Shown one piece after another: positions 9,828 through 24,184 of a stretch of DNA of 64,000 nucleotides. The first letter of the stretch is position 1; every line of letters begins with the position of its first letter. The position numbers were made by a program, and so were the translations under genes. The notes below the pieces were generated by a model. That model saw nothing but the letters and a program-made list of their open reading frames with translations. It ran no database searches and was not told where the DNA came from. The DNA comes from an uncultured bacterium (GTDB lineage: Bacteria; Verrucomicrobiota; Verrucomicrobiia; Limisphaerales; UBA8199), in assembly GCA_963713735.1 (NCBI GenBank), contig CAVQND010000024.1, forward strand, positions 77,556-141,555, written 5' to 3'.

Positions 9828-11580
9828 TCAATGCCGGGTGCTCGCGGCCGCGCTCATGGCCTCGAGCATTTCGCGCAGCGTGAGATCCATCCAACCATGG
9901 AGCTTGCCGGGACCATACACGAGCTTGCCCTCGAATGGCGGGTCGGCTCGGGAAAGGAATTCATCCAGCAAGTGAACGGCGTTATTGAGGTAGTACTGGT
10001 CTGCTTCGCCGGCCGCGATGTGGAGCTTGCCCCGCAGTTTCGGACCCAGAGTTTTCCAGTTCTGTTCGAGCACCAGGCGCAGGTCGTACTTTTTCCACTG
10101 TTGGGCGACGCCAGGCTCGATCTTGCCGGTCCGGGGTTCCCACAGCGGCGCCGGCAGACCCTCCGGGCCGCGCGGACTGAACACGGCATTCCACTCGCCC
10201 CATTGCTGGCCGGAGCGGGTAAAGCTGTTGGCGCGTCCGAGGAGATTCTCGAAGCCCACCTCGCGGCGCATGGTCAGTACCTACGTTGCCTCGCCCATCG
10301 CGCTCGCTCGGCCGCTCGTGGCCGAACCGGTCCACGTAGGCATTATCGTCCTGGTAAATATTCACCAACTGGAATGCCCGAAAATCAACCGGGTCCGGGC
10401 AGGAGGACCAGGCGCCATTGAAGAAATCCGGGTAGAAGACCTGGAGTGCCAGGCTGACCCAACCGCCCGTCGAGGAGCCGGAGAGAAAGCGCGCGCGGGG
10501 CTGGCCCACCGCCGGGAAATTCGCCTCGACGAACGGGATGAGTTCCCGGACCAGCGCGTCGCCGTAAGGGCCGTTGTTGGCCGAATTGACCTGGTAGGGG
10601 TCGCCGTAGGGACCGGCCCCATCCAGTTGGAGCAGGATGAGGGGCGGGGCGCCCTCGGCCAGCCAGGTCTTGCTGAACTCGGACCGTGGAGCCATCAATC
10701 CGTTGACGGCGGTGTAGCGCGTGTTCAAGCCGCCGATGCGCACCCAGAGCGGGTAGCGCCTCCCCTGCCCCGGCCGGTAATCGCGCGGCAGGATGATGCC
10801 GGCGCGCAGGAAGATTGGCCGGCGATGGAACTGGCTAAGCAATTCCGATTGGATTTTGACGAACTTGACCAGGCTGGTTTCGGCAGGCAACCGCTCCGCA
10901 GGGATCTGCTCTGCCAACTTGAGCGGCACTCTTGGATTACCCGCCCCCTCCACCCGGAGCCGTTGCGCTTTGCTATAGAGATTGCCGGGCGCATTCGGCG
11001 AGCGCAGGTCGGTATCGGAATCAAGCAGGGCCTGGACAAAATAATCTCCCGGCGGCAAGGCGGTCAGGTTGGTGATGGGAAAAGCGAAGGCAGACTGGTC
11101 CACCTCTACGACAGTCCCCACCGCGAATCCTGCGACATCTCGGGCCAGGATCGGGGGGCTGTCCGGGCCGGTGCGCTCGAGCGCGAACCGGGGCTCCGGG
11201 TCCCCCGCCCGGTCCAGGATAACAAACAGGCGGCCATCTCGAGGAGCGGCGGCCAGGTTGGGGGCGATGCTCACCTCGAAGCGCAGGCCCGGGGGATTGG
11301 CGGCGCCGGCGGCATGGACCGCCAGGGCGGAGAGCCAGACAGCCAAGAGGAGGGCCGGGCCGTTGACATTCCGACAGGTCGGGATTGGAGTGCGCCAGCA
11401 GAGCGAAGCGTCCCGACGAATCGGGATTTGGGCCGCCCGGCACGTCCAAGAACGCCAGACACTGCCCGAGCCAAAGCGGTGTCGCGCTCCGCTTGCCACC
11501 GCACTCCAAAGTGGCCTGCCCGAGACGGCTCGACAGACTTTGTCACTGGCCCTGAAGAGGCTGGCCGGACGGCTGTTCAT
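9828..11580 (-). CDS. Secreted alpha/beta-hydrolase, putative esterase (enterochelin-esterase/esterase-D-like). Frameshift at about 10280.
   Basis: GSSTGGWVSLAL (GxSxG motif). C-terminal KLRGKLHIAAGEADQYYLNNAVHLLDEF. Signal peptide LLLAVWLSALAVHAAGA. A possible ATG at 11580 overlaps the stop of the upstream MFS gene. Confidence 0.5.
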
Positions 11581-12869
11581 TAAGTCGCCGGCGGGGAAGG
11601 AACCTCCCCGCACAGGCCCCGGACCACCAGGACCGTGGTGGCCAGCAGGATGGCGGCGCAGGCAAGGTAAGGCAAAGCGGGGAGAAAGCTCAGCAACGGC
11701 GTGGCAAACAGCGGTCCGAGAATCCGCGCCAGGCTCCCGGCGCTCTGGGCGACCCCGATAGTGGCCCCTTGCTCGTGAGCCGGCGTGAGATTGGAGAGCA
11801 GGCCGAAGAGGGGCGGACGAGTCAGGCTGGTGCCAACGGACAACAGTGCCAACGCCGCGAGCATCGCCAGCCAGGGCAGGCCCTGGCTGTGCACCAGAAC
11901 GCCCCATGAAAGCCGCGCTGTGCCGCTGATGTAAGGCAGCCAGGCCAGGCTCACCGCCGTGAAAACCAGGCTCACCGCGATGAGCCGGGGTTCTCCGAGC
12001 ATCTTGACGAGGCGGCCGATGGCGCCGCCTTGGACGAAAGCCCCGATGAGCGCGCAATAGACGAAGAGATAGGCCACGGTGGAGGCGGAGGTCTTGTCCT
12101 GCCGGACATCCAGGTGGAAGTTATCGCTGACGAGCAACGGGAGGGTGCTCTCGAAACAACTGAAGCAGAAGGTAGCCAGGAAAAAGACGACCACCAGCAG
12201 GCCGATTCGCGGCTGGCGCAGGGTGTGAGCCCACTGGTCCAGGTGGGGCCGCTGGGTGACGTGCTCGGAAGCCGGCTTGAGGCTCTCGGTCAGGATGAAA
12301 TAGGCCAGCAGCAGATTTGCCGCGCACATTCCGGCCGCCATCCAGCCCGGCCCGGTGCTGCCGAGGTATCCGAGGCTCAGCCCGCCGATGGCAGGTCCGA
12401 AGGTGAATCCGAGCCCAAAGGCCATGCCGATGAGGCCCATTCTCCTGGACCGCTCCTCGGGCGGGGTGATGTCAGCGATGTAAGCCTGGGCGACGGTGAT
12501 GTTGCCGGCGAACAGGCCGGCGAGCATGCGCGAGAGGATCATCAGCAACAGGGCCGCCAGGGGGCGCGCCAAGGCGGCGCTCAGTGCGAAGAGCACATAG
12601 GAGGCCGCCGCCCCGCCGGTGCTCAACAGCAATATCGGGCGCCGCCCATGGCGGTCCGAGAGCCTCCCCCAGACCGGCGAGAACAGGAATTGCATTGCCG
12701 AGAAGGCGGCGACGATGGCGCCGATGACCAGGCCCTGGGCCCAAACGCCCTGGACGCATTGCGGCACCAGGTTCTTGCCATAGAGCGGCACGAACGGCAC
12801 CACGATCCCGAAACCGACCAGGTCGATGAAGACGGTCAGAAAGATCACCAGCAACGAGGGCCTTCTCAT
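11580..12869 (-). CDS. MFS transporter
   Basis: Twelve-TM pattern. The N-terminus MRRPSLLVIFLTVFIDLVGFGIVVPFVPLY is typical of the TetA-like MFS_1 family. Confidence 0.8.
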   Translation of the reverse strand: MRRPSLLVIFLTVFIDLVGFGIVVPFVPLYGKNLVPQCVQGVWAQGLVIGAIVAAFSAMQFLFSPVWGRLSDRHGRRPILLLSTGGAAASYVLFALSAALARPLAALLLMILSRMLAGLFAGNITVAQAYIADITPPEERSRRMGLIGMAFGLGFTFGPAIGGLSLGYLGSTGPGWMAAGMCAANLLLAYFILTESLKPASEHVTQRPHLDQWAHTLRQPRIGLLVVVFFLATFCFSCFESTLPLLVSDNFHLDVRQDKTSASTVAYLFVYCALIGAFVQGGAIGRLVKMLGEPRLIAVSLVFTAVSLAWLPYISGTARLSWGVLVHSQGLPWLAMLAALALLSVGTSLTRPPLFGLLSNLTPAHEQGATIGVAQSAGSLARILGPLFATPLLSFLPALPYLACAAILLATTVLVVRGLCGEVPSPPAT

Positions 12870-13276
12870 ACGCCACGCGCCCCGAGCACCCCCGCCCGGC
12901 CAACCTGCACTTCGATTGACATGGCCCGAAGTCTATTGGCCCGTTGGCCCGCGTCAAGGCGGGATGGCACGACCAGTGACAAAGTTCTCCGCAAACCATT
13001 GTGGGAGACGACGTGAGGAGTCTCTGATTGAGTTCTGGGGCTCAACGAAAGCCTGCTCCCCTCGGAGGCCATTGATCTGAGACTCCTTACGTCGTCTCCT
13101 ACGGTCAGGCAATGGGGCAGGTTTCGGCGAGTTTGTTCCTGGCTCTGGCCCGGGCCGATTTGCGGCTTTAACATTGCATCGCCGGGCCGATTAGTGCATC
13201 TTTGCCCCTGATGTCACCACGCGGGGTTTGGCCGCCCCGCGCCGGAACGTTCATAAACAACTCAGCTCAAACAACC

Positions 13277-13963
13277 ATGGCCCCGGCGAAACAAAGTCAG
13301 GCGCGGAACAGTCCAACACGGATTCTGCTGGTCGACGATCATGCCGTCGTGCGCTACGGCATTTCCCAGATCATCAACCGGGAGAAGGACCTGGTGGTGT
13401 GCGGTGAAGAAGAGGATGCGGGCAAGGCGCTGAGCGCCATCGAGCGGCTTAAGCCGGACCTTGTCATTGCCGACATTTCCCTCAAGGACAGCAGCGGATT
13501 GGAGCTGATGCGCAACATCAAGGCGCAGTTCGAGAAGCTGCCGGTGCTGGTCCTGAGCGTCCACGACGAATCGGTGTATGCCGAGGTGGCCTTTCGGGCC
13601 GGCGCCATGGGCTACCTGATGAAGGGGGACCCGCTCGAGAAAGTCGTCACGGCCATTCGCCGGGTGCTCAGCGGCAACATCTACGTGAGCGAGACCCTGG
13701 GCGCCCGGATGCTCCAACAGCGGGTTCAGGGCAAGACCGGCCTCCAGCAATCGCCCGTTGAATGTCTGAGCGACCGGGAACTCGAGGTCTTCCAGTTGCT
13801 TGGGGAATGGAAAAAGACCGGCGAGATTGCCCAGGAACTGCATCTGAGCATCAAGACCATCGAGTATTACCGCGAGCAGATTAAACGGAAGCTCGATCTC
13901 AAGAACTCAGCCGAATTGACCCAGCGCGCTACCGCCTGGGTGCGGCGTGAAAACCCCGCCTGA
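13277..13963 (+). CDS. NarL/FixJ-family response regulator (REC plus LuxR HTH)
   Basis: ILLVDDHAVVRYGI...DLVIADISLKDSSGLEL. C-terminal SDRELEVFQLLGEWKKTGEIAQELHLSIKTIEYYREQIKRKL. Confidence 0.8.
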   Translation: MAPAKQSQARNSPTRILLVDDHAVVRYGISQIINREKDLVVCGEEEDAGKALSAIERLKPDLVIADISLKDSSGLELMRNIKAQFEKLPVLVLSVHDESVYAEVAFRAGAMGYLMKGDPLEKVVTAIRRVLSGNIYVSETLGARMLQQRVQGKTGLQQSPVECLSDRELEVFQLLGEWKKTGEIAQELHLSIKTIEYYREQIKRKLDLKNSAELTQRATAWVRRENPA

Positions 13964-13976
13964 GTCGCTGAGAACT

Positions 13977-14708
13977 ATGAATATGGAGCGGAGGGAAAAG
14001 CCCATGAAAGGCTCCGCCAAGTCCGCTCCGCCAGCGGTTTCCGCCCTCGCTGCCGGAGTCAAGCGGCGCATCCGGTTGCTGGTGGTCGACGACCATCCCG
14101 TCGTCCGCAAAGGCATCAGCGCCTGTCTGGGGCGCCACTCCAATTTCGAGGTGGTTGGCGAGGCGGGCGACGGCGAGGCGGCTCTGAGCCAAGCCAGGGA
14201 GCTGGCGCCGGATATTGTGCTCATGGACCTGGACTTGCCGCAGATGGACGGCCTGGTGGTGACCGAGATCCTGCGCCGCGAGCAGCCGAGGCTCAAAGTG
14301 CTCATCCTCTCGATGCACAGCAGTTCCGAATCCGTTCTCCGTATCTTCAAGGCCGGGGCGCGCGGTTACGTGCTCAAGGGCGCTTCACCCGAGGAGTTGG
14401 TCCGGGCCGTCGAGACTGTCCAGGCGGGTGAAACCTTTTTCAGCCCTGAAGTCGCCCGCCTGGCGCTCAATCAGTTCGTGGACCGGGTTGGGGACAGAGC
14501 GGCTGACGAGCTTACCGCGCGCGAGCGCGAAGTGCTGATGCAGATCGCCGACGGGTTGAGCAACAAAGAGATTGCCAGCCGGCTCAACATGGGCGTTCGC
14601 ACCGTCGAAACCCATCGCGAGCGCCTCATGCGCAAGCTCAACATCCACAGCGTCGCCGGCCTCACCAAATACGCCATTGGCAGGGGGTGGGTTACGCTGC
14701 GGCATTAG
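13977..14708 (+). CDS. Second NarL/FixJ-family response regulator
   Basis: IRLLVVDDHPVVRKGI...DIVLMDLDLPQMDG. C-terminal LTAREREVLMQIADGLSNKEIASRLNMGVRTVETHRERLMRKL. Confidence 0.8.
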   Translation: MNMERREKPMKGSAKSAPPAVSALAAGVKRRIRLLVVDDHPVVRKGISACLGRHSNFEVVGEAGDGEAALSQARELAPDIVLMDLDLPQMDGLVVTEILRREQPRLKVLILSMHSSSESVLRIFKAGARGYVLKGASPEELVRAVETVQAGETFFSPEVARLALNQFVDRVGDRAADELTAREREVLMQIADGLSNKEIASRLNMGVRTVETHRERLMRKLNIHSVAGLTKYAIGRGWVTLRH

Positions 14709-14784
14709 AACGCCGCCAGTGGCGAAAGGGGGATCGGCCGGAAAGTATGGATTATGAATTGTGGGCGGCATTTTGGCAGCCGCT

Positions 14785-14853
14785 CCTAATCGTAATCCTA
14801 ATCCTGCTCCTCATCTCCTTCGGGCAACCGATGCGGATTGAGATTGAGATTAA
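14785..14853. repeat. Hexanucleotide tract (CTAATC then GATTGA/GATTAA units) immediately left of the IS
   Basis: ctaatcgtaatcctaatcc ... gattgagattgagattaag. Confidence 0.8.
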
Positions 14854-16145
14854 GGCGGCGTAAATAAATAAAGGTATCAACTTCTGAGAATCGTGGTATG
14901 ATAGCTGCACATGAGTGCTATTGCCGCGCTGACGCAGAAGTTCAGGGCCATTTGGCCACTCCTAAATGAGCGGACCCGGCGCCTTACCGCCGCCAATGAA
15001 GCTATGCAGATGGGTTATGGCGGTGTCTGCGTGGTTCACCGGGCTTGTGGCTTGTCCCGCAAAGCCATCCTCAAGGGTATTGGCGAAATCGAGCGGGGCG
15101 ACTCCTCGCTGGCGGAGCGCATCCGGCGCCCGGGCGCCGGACGCAAGAACCTCACGGTGTTGGATTCCGGGCTGGTGGCGGCGCTGGACGATTTGATTGA
15201 GGGCGGAACTCGCGGCGATCCGGAATCTCCCTTGCGCTGGGTCTGCAAGAGCACTCGGACCCTGGCCGAGGAGTTAAGCCAGCAAGCTCATCCGGTGAGC
15301 CACATGCGGGTGGCCCAACTGCTGCACGAGCAGGACTACAGTTTGCAGAGCAATCGGAAGCTGGAGGAAGGGGAGGACCACCCGGACCGCGACGCCCAAT
15401 TTCGGCATATCAACCGGTGCGTGAAGCGGGCCTTGGCGGCGGGGGAGCCGGTCATTTCGGTGGACACCAAGAAGAAGGAACTGGTGGGCAACTACGCCAA
15501 TAGCGGCCAACAATGGCGTGTGGCGAAACAACCGCAACGGGTCAAGGGGCACGACTTCCCGGGTCCCGAGTGCCTCGCGCCTATCCCTACGGCATCTATG
15601 ACTTGGGGCGCAACAGCGGATTCGTAAACGTGGGCACCGACCATGACACGGGGGCCTTTGCGGTGGCCTCGATTCGTGGGTGGTGGCGCTTTGAAGGGCG
15701 AAGACTTTATCCTGCGGTCCGGACGCTGTGGATCACCGCCGATGGCGGAGGCAGCAATGGGTGGCGGCTGCGACTCTGGAAACTCGAGTTGCAGGGCTTT
15801 GCCGACGAAAGTGGGCTGTGCCTTTCCATCTGCCACTTTCCGCCCGGCACCAGCAAGTGGAACAAGATCGAACACCGACTCTTTTCGTTCATTTCGTCCA
15901 ACTGGCGCGGTGAACCGTTGCGAGATTACCAGACGGTCGTGAACCTGATTGCCAGCACAACGACGGCCAAAGGATTGACGGTGACCTGCCGGCTGGATCG
16001 TCGAAAGTATCCGACGGGTAGAAAAGTCTCACGCGAGCAGATGAAGCAAGTGAACCTAAAGCCTAACAAGTTCCATGGTGAGTGGAACTATACCATCGAG
16101 CCTCACGGGTGAACCAACTTGATACCTTTATTTATTTACGCCGCC
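14854..16145 (+). mobile_element. ISAzo13-family insertion sequence with perfect 27-bp terminal inverted repeats and a flanking TAA(G)
   Basis: Left end ggcggcgtaaataaataaaggtatcaa. Right end ttgatacctttatttatttacgccgcc. Exact reverse complements. taa(g) abuts both ends. Confidence 0.85.
14911..16112 (+). CDS. ISAzo13-family DDE transposase. Frameshift at about 15540-15620.
   Basis: LSRKAILKGIGEIE, PGAGRK, DPESPLRWVCKSTRTLAEEL, HPDRDAQFRHI, ISVDTKKKELVGNY. C-terminal SICHFPPGTSKWNKIEHRLFSFIS. Confidence 0.85.
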
Positions 16146-16185
16146 TAAGATTAGGATTAGGATTAGGATTAAGATTAAGATCAGG
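16146..16185. repeat. GATTAG/GATTAA hexanucleotide tract immediately right of the IS
   Basis: taagattaggattaggattaggattaagattaagatcagg. Confidence 0.85.
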
Positions 16186-16226
16186 AGCCCGAAACCGCTA
16201 CCCAGGCAAGTGAAATGCCCCCGCCG

Positions 16227-17396
<1,170 letters not shown>

Positions 17397-17887
17397 CGGA
17401 CGCGGTCAGTTTGACCGTTTTGCCACCGATTGCCAGTCACAAGTGTCCAAACTCCGCGCGCGCTGAAGGCGCGCAGCATAGCAGCCCAGCGTAACACCCT
17501 GGGAAAGCCGGCCCCTCGCTACACTCTGGCGCCCTGAAAGGGCGAAGGTCATGGAATCTGCCCCCGCCCTTGCAGGGCGGGCTGTGCTATTGGGTGCTGG
17601 TTTCCCAGGGTGTTGCCCTGGGCTGATATGCCAGCACGCCGTTGGCGTGCAAAATGTCCACGCGTTGGCTGGTTCGACTTCGGTGCGTCCGGCCCGCACA
17701 TTTCGGCTTCCAAGCCTCCGTCCAATGTGTAATGTGAATTCGGTCTCGAAGACAGTTCTGCCTGCGAGTGTTGTCTTTGAGTTCCGGGTTCGATTTTGCG
17801 ACGCACGATTTTTGTTGCAGGATTCAGGGCGTGACAGGCGTGTTGCGGTCAACAGTCGAAATCAAACATGCCGAACACCGTCAATTT

Positions 17888-18991
17888 ATGAAAACACACT
17901 ACTGGCTTCGCCGATCCGCCGCCCTGCTTTGTCTCGCCGCCATTCTGCCATTCAACTGCGGACGGGCGGAAGACCAGCCCAAAGCCCCGGAAACCACACC
18001 GGCCGCTCAACCTGACACAAGGTTCACTGAACGACTCCGCGGTATCCTGAACCGCGCCTCTGAAACCATACCCGCTGCTCAGCCTGAGGCAAAGGGTCGC
18101 TCTGCCTCCCCTTATCAGTTGGAGATTGGGGAGGGCTTCTTCAGGCTCAACGGAATGACGCGCATGGACAACGGAAGAGCGATGGAGCCTACCTTGGCCA
18201 ACGTGGTGGACGCGTTGCGGGATCTCTGGCCCGAGGCGAACATTGCGCTGGCGCCCGAGGTGTCGAAGCTGAAAATGGCCGATCTCAAACTGCGTTCGGC
18301 TGGCGGACTGTCGGAGGCCCTTGAGGCCCTCCGCGTGGCCAGCGGTTACAGGTTCGAGTGGCGAAGGGGATTGCCAAACACCGGTGGCCCGATGATTGAC
18401 CCGGCTACCGGGCTGCCGGGGCCAGCCGTCGGAGGGGAATCCTCTCTCTACATCCTGGACCTAGGCATCGATCCGCAACGCAATCCCCTCGAACGCGCCC
18501 GGCGCATGGTGCAGGTATTCAATATGAGCGGCTACCTGGAGCATGTCCTGGCAGAGGGACAAAACCTGGCTATTAACGGGGACACCCAGAGGGCGGACGG
18601 AACTTTGGCTGCAAAGACCGCAGGGGAGGCAGTAAACGAGCTCATGAAGCGGGTCAATCGGTTCGGCAGTGCCGCCAGTGGGCCTCTTGGTGCAGAGGAG
18701 GCACAAAACTCGGTCAGGAAGCGGGTCGATCAGAACCTGGCCGAAATCGAGAAAACTGTGCTCGAGACCCTCGACAGCCTTGGGGGCGGCAATGTGTCCG
18801 ATAATGATCGGCCGCATTTCCAATTTCATCCGGGCACCGGCCTGTTAATTGTGACCGGCCCGCCGGATGCGATTGAAGTCGCGCGCAAGGTAGTGACCGC
18901 CCTGGCGGGCCAGTCGAGCGTCGGCGGGGGGTCCTTTTTGGCGCCGAGTCGGACGCGAACCAGAGGGCGGCGGCGAAGGAAGCCTATCTGA
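17888..18991 (+). CDS. Secreted protein of unknown function with a secretin-N-like C-terminal segment
   Basis: Signal peptide MKTHYWLRRSAALLCLAAILPF. C-terminal GLLIVTGPPDAIEVARKVVTAL. Confidence 0.4.
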   Translation: MKTHYWLRRSAALLCLAAILPFNCGRAEDQPKAPETTPAAQPDTRFTERLRGILNRASETIPAAQPEAKGRSASPYQLEIGEGFFRLNGMTRMDNGRAMEPTLANVVDALRDLWPEANIALAPEVSKLKMADLKLRSAGGLSEALEALRVASGYRFEWRRGLPNTGGPMIDPATGLPGPAVGGESSLYILDLGIDPQRNPLERARRMVQVFNMSGYLEHVLAEGQNLAINGDTQRADGTLAAKTAGEAVNELMKRVNRFGSAASGPLGAEEAQNSVRKRVDQNLAEIEKTVLETLDSLGGGNVSDNDRPHFQFHPGTGLLIVTGPPDAIEVARKVVTALAGQSSVGGGSFLAPSRTRTRGRRRRKPI

Positions 18992-19045
18992 GGCGGTATG
19001 GGCTGCCCCCAACGGGGGCGCCTGCTCCGCTTCCGCCGCAGCCAC

Positions 19046-19105
19046 GCAATCCGCCGCCGCGCAATCCGCCGCCGCGCAATCCGGAGCCGGGCAATCCGCC
19101 CGCCG
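19046..19105. repeat. Four tandem 15-bp repeats (gcaatccgccgccgc), encoding PRNPP in one frame
   Basis: Direct tandem copies between the secreted protein gene and the sigma factor gene. Confidence 0.8.
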
Positions 19106-19142
19106 CCCCCGCCAACCCTGCGCAGTAGCCGCGCCGATTCCG

Positions 19143-19774
19143 GTGTTCACCCCAACCGCCAACACCTTGCTTGCGCTTCAATTAACGGGAGCCGAAGCCG
19201 TGGACAAGGGTTCCAGCCAGGAAGCGTCCGGGGACATTGTCCTGATGACGCGGGGCCTGGCGGCGGGCGATGAAGGGGCGTTCCGGGAGTTCCACGCCGC
19301 TTATTTTGACCGGCTTTACCAGTTTCTGCTGGTGCTCGCGCGCGGGCAGGAGGACGAAGCGCAGGAGGCCCTGCAACAAACCTTTCTGCGCGTGCTGCGT
19401 TATGCGCGGGTCTTCGAGTCCGAGGCGGTCTTTTGGAGTTGGCTCAAGGCGCTGGCCCGCAGCGCGGCGCGCGATGCCGGCCGCAAGCAACACCGCTACT
19501 GGGTCTTGTTGCAGAAATTCGCGCTCTTCCGGCGCACTGAGATTCAAGCCCCCGAGGCCCCGGAACAGGACAGCCTGCGGGCCACGCTCGACGAGAGCCT
19601 GCAGGAACTGAGGCCACCGACCGCCGGCTCATCGAGGGCAAATACCTCGAGGGGGCCACAGTCAAGGAACTGGGCGCCCAAATGGGCTTGACCGAGAAGG
19701 CCGTGGAATCACGCCTGGTGCGCCTGCGCCAGCAATTGCGCGAACGCCTCGTGAAGGCAAAGGATGAAGTATGA
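19143..19774 (+). CDS. ECF-subfamily RNA polymerase sigma-70 factor. Frameshift at about 19610.
   Basis: Region 2: FREFHAAYFDRLYQFLLVLARGQEDEAQEALQQTFLRVLRY. Region 4 lies in the -1 frame: RRLIEGKYLEGATVKELGAQMGLTEKAVESRLVRLRQQLRERL. Confidence 0.75.
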
Positions 19775-19784
19775 AGGATGAATT

Positions 19785-20223
19785 ATGAAACGTCTCGAAC
19801 AGGATCGATTGTTGAACCAACTCCTCGCCGGAGACGAGGTCTCGGATTTTCGCCGGGCCTCGCTCGAAGCAAGGACTGGCCGTGATTCGCCGCCGCCGCC
19901 GCGCCCGGCGCGCCGGGCGCTGGTGCGTCCTGGCTTTGCTGCCGCTGGCCTTTGGAGCGGGCATTTTTTTGTCGTGGCCTTCCCGCCCGGAGGTCCGGCC
20001 AGTCTCGGTCGCGCAATCCCATGCCCCCGCGGTTTCCGGCCTGACTGCCAAAGCCGGCTCCATCGAGGTCATCGACGATGAGCAATTGCTGGCCCTTTTC
20101 TCCGGGCGCCCCCTTGCCCTGGTGGGCCAACCCGGCCATCAGCAGCTCCTCTTTCTGGACCAGCCGGCCGCCAGGCCCCAAGCCGGCCCACAGAGCCGGG
20201 AGCAGGGCCCATCGGATCGATAG
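19785..20223 (+). CDS. Putative anti-sigma factor with one TM segment. Frameshift at about 19890.
   Basis: Lies immediately downstream of the ECF sigma gene. N-terminus MKRLEQDRLLNQLLAGDEV. TM segment WCVLALLPLAFGAGIFL in the alternate ORF 19882..20223. Confidence 0.4.
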
Positions 20224-20319
20224 CCCGGGAACTGCCCAACGTGGCGCAGCCCCCGCCAAGGACCTCGACTCCGCTTCTTGAGCCACAGATTGTGCGGCGC
20301 GGGGAAGCCGCAACCAACG

Positions 20320-20418
20320 TAGCGCAGACTTCGAGTCTGCTGTATCGCGGATTTCCAATCCGCCGGCCTGCCGACTGGAAGTCGGCGATACGGCAGGTTG
20401 GAAACCTGCGCTACGATG
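20320..20418. repeat. About 100-bp nested palindrome upstream of ligA
   Basis: gtagcgcag...ctgcgctac outer arms. Inner hairpin gccgactggaagtcggc. Both strands encode the same peptide RRPADWKSAI in ORFs 20139..20438(-) and 20241..20456(+). Confidence 0.7.
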
Positions 20419-20494
20419 TCGCCATGCCGGTCAGGCAACTGCCGTTCTTAGCATGAACACGGTGTGGCTCTCGATTGCAGACTTTTTTTAGTAG

Positions 20495-24180
<3,686 letters not shown>

Positions 24181-24184
<4 letters not shown>

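Noticed and set aside
11580-12057. N-terminal 160 aa of ORF 9982..12057
   Set aside because: This part reads antisense through the 3' end of the MFS gene and is Arg-rich junk. The real esterase starts no further upstream than the ATG at 11580, and the signal peptide appears about 65 codons later.
14785-16185. Possible CRISPR array suggested by regular short repeats
   Set aside because: Units are 6 bp and directly tandem with no spacers. This is a microsatellite, not a CRISPR. No cas genes in the window.
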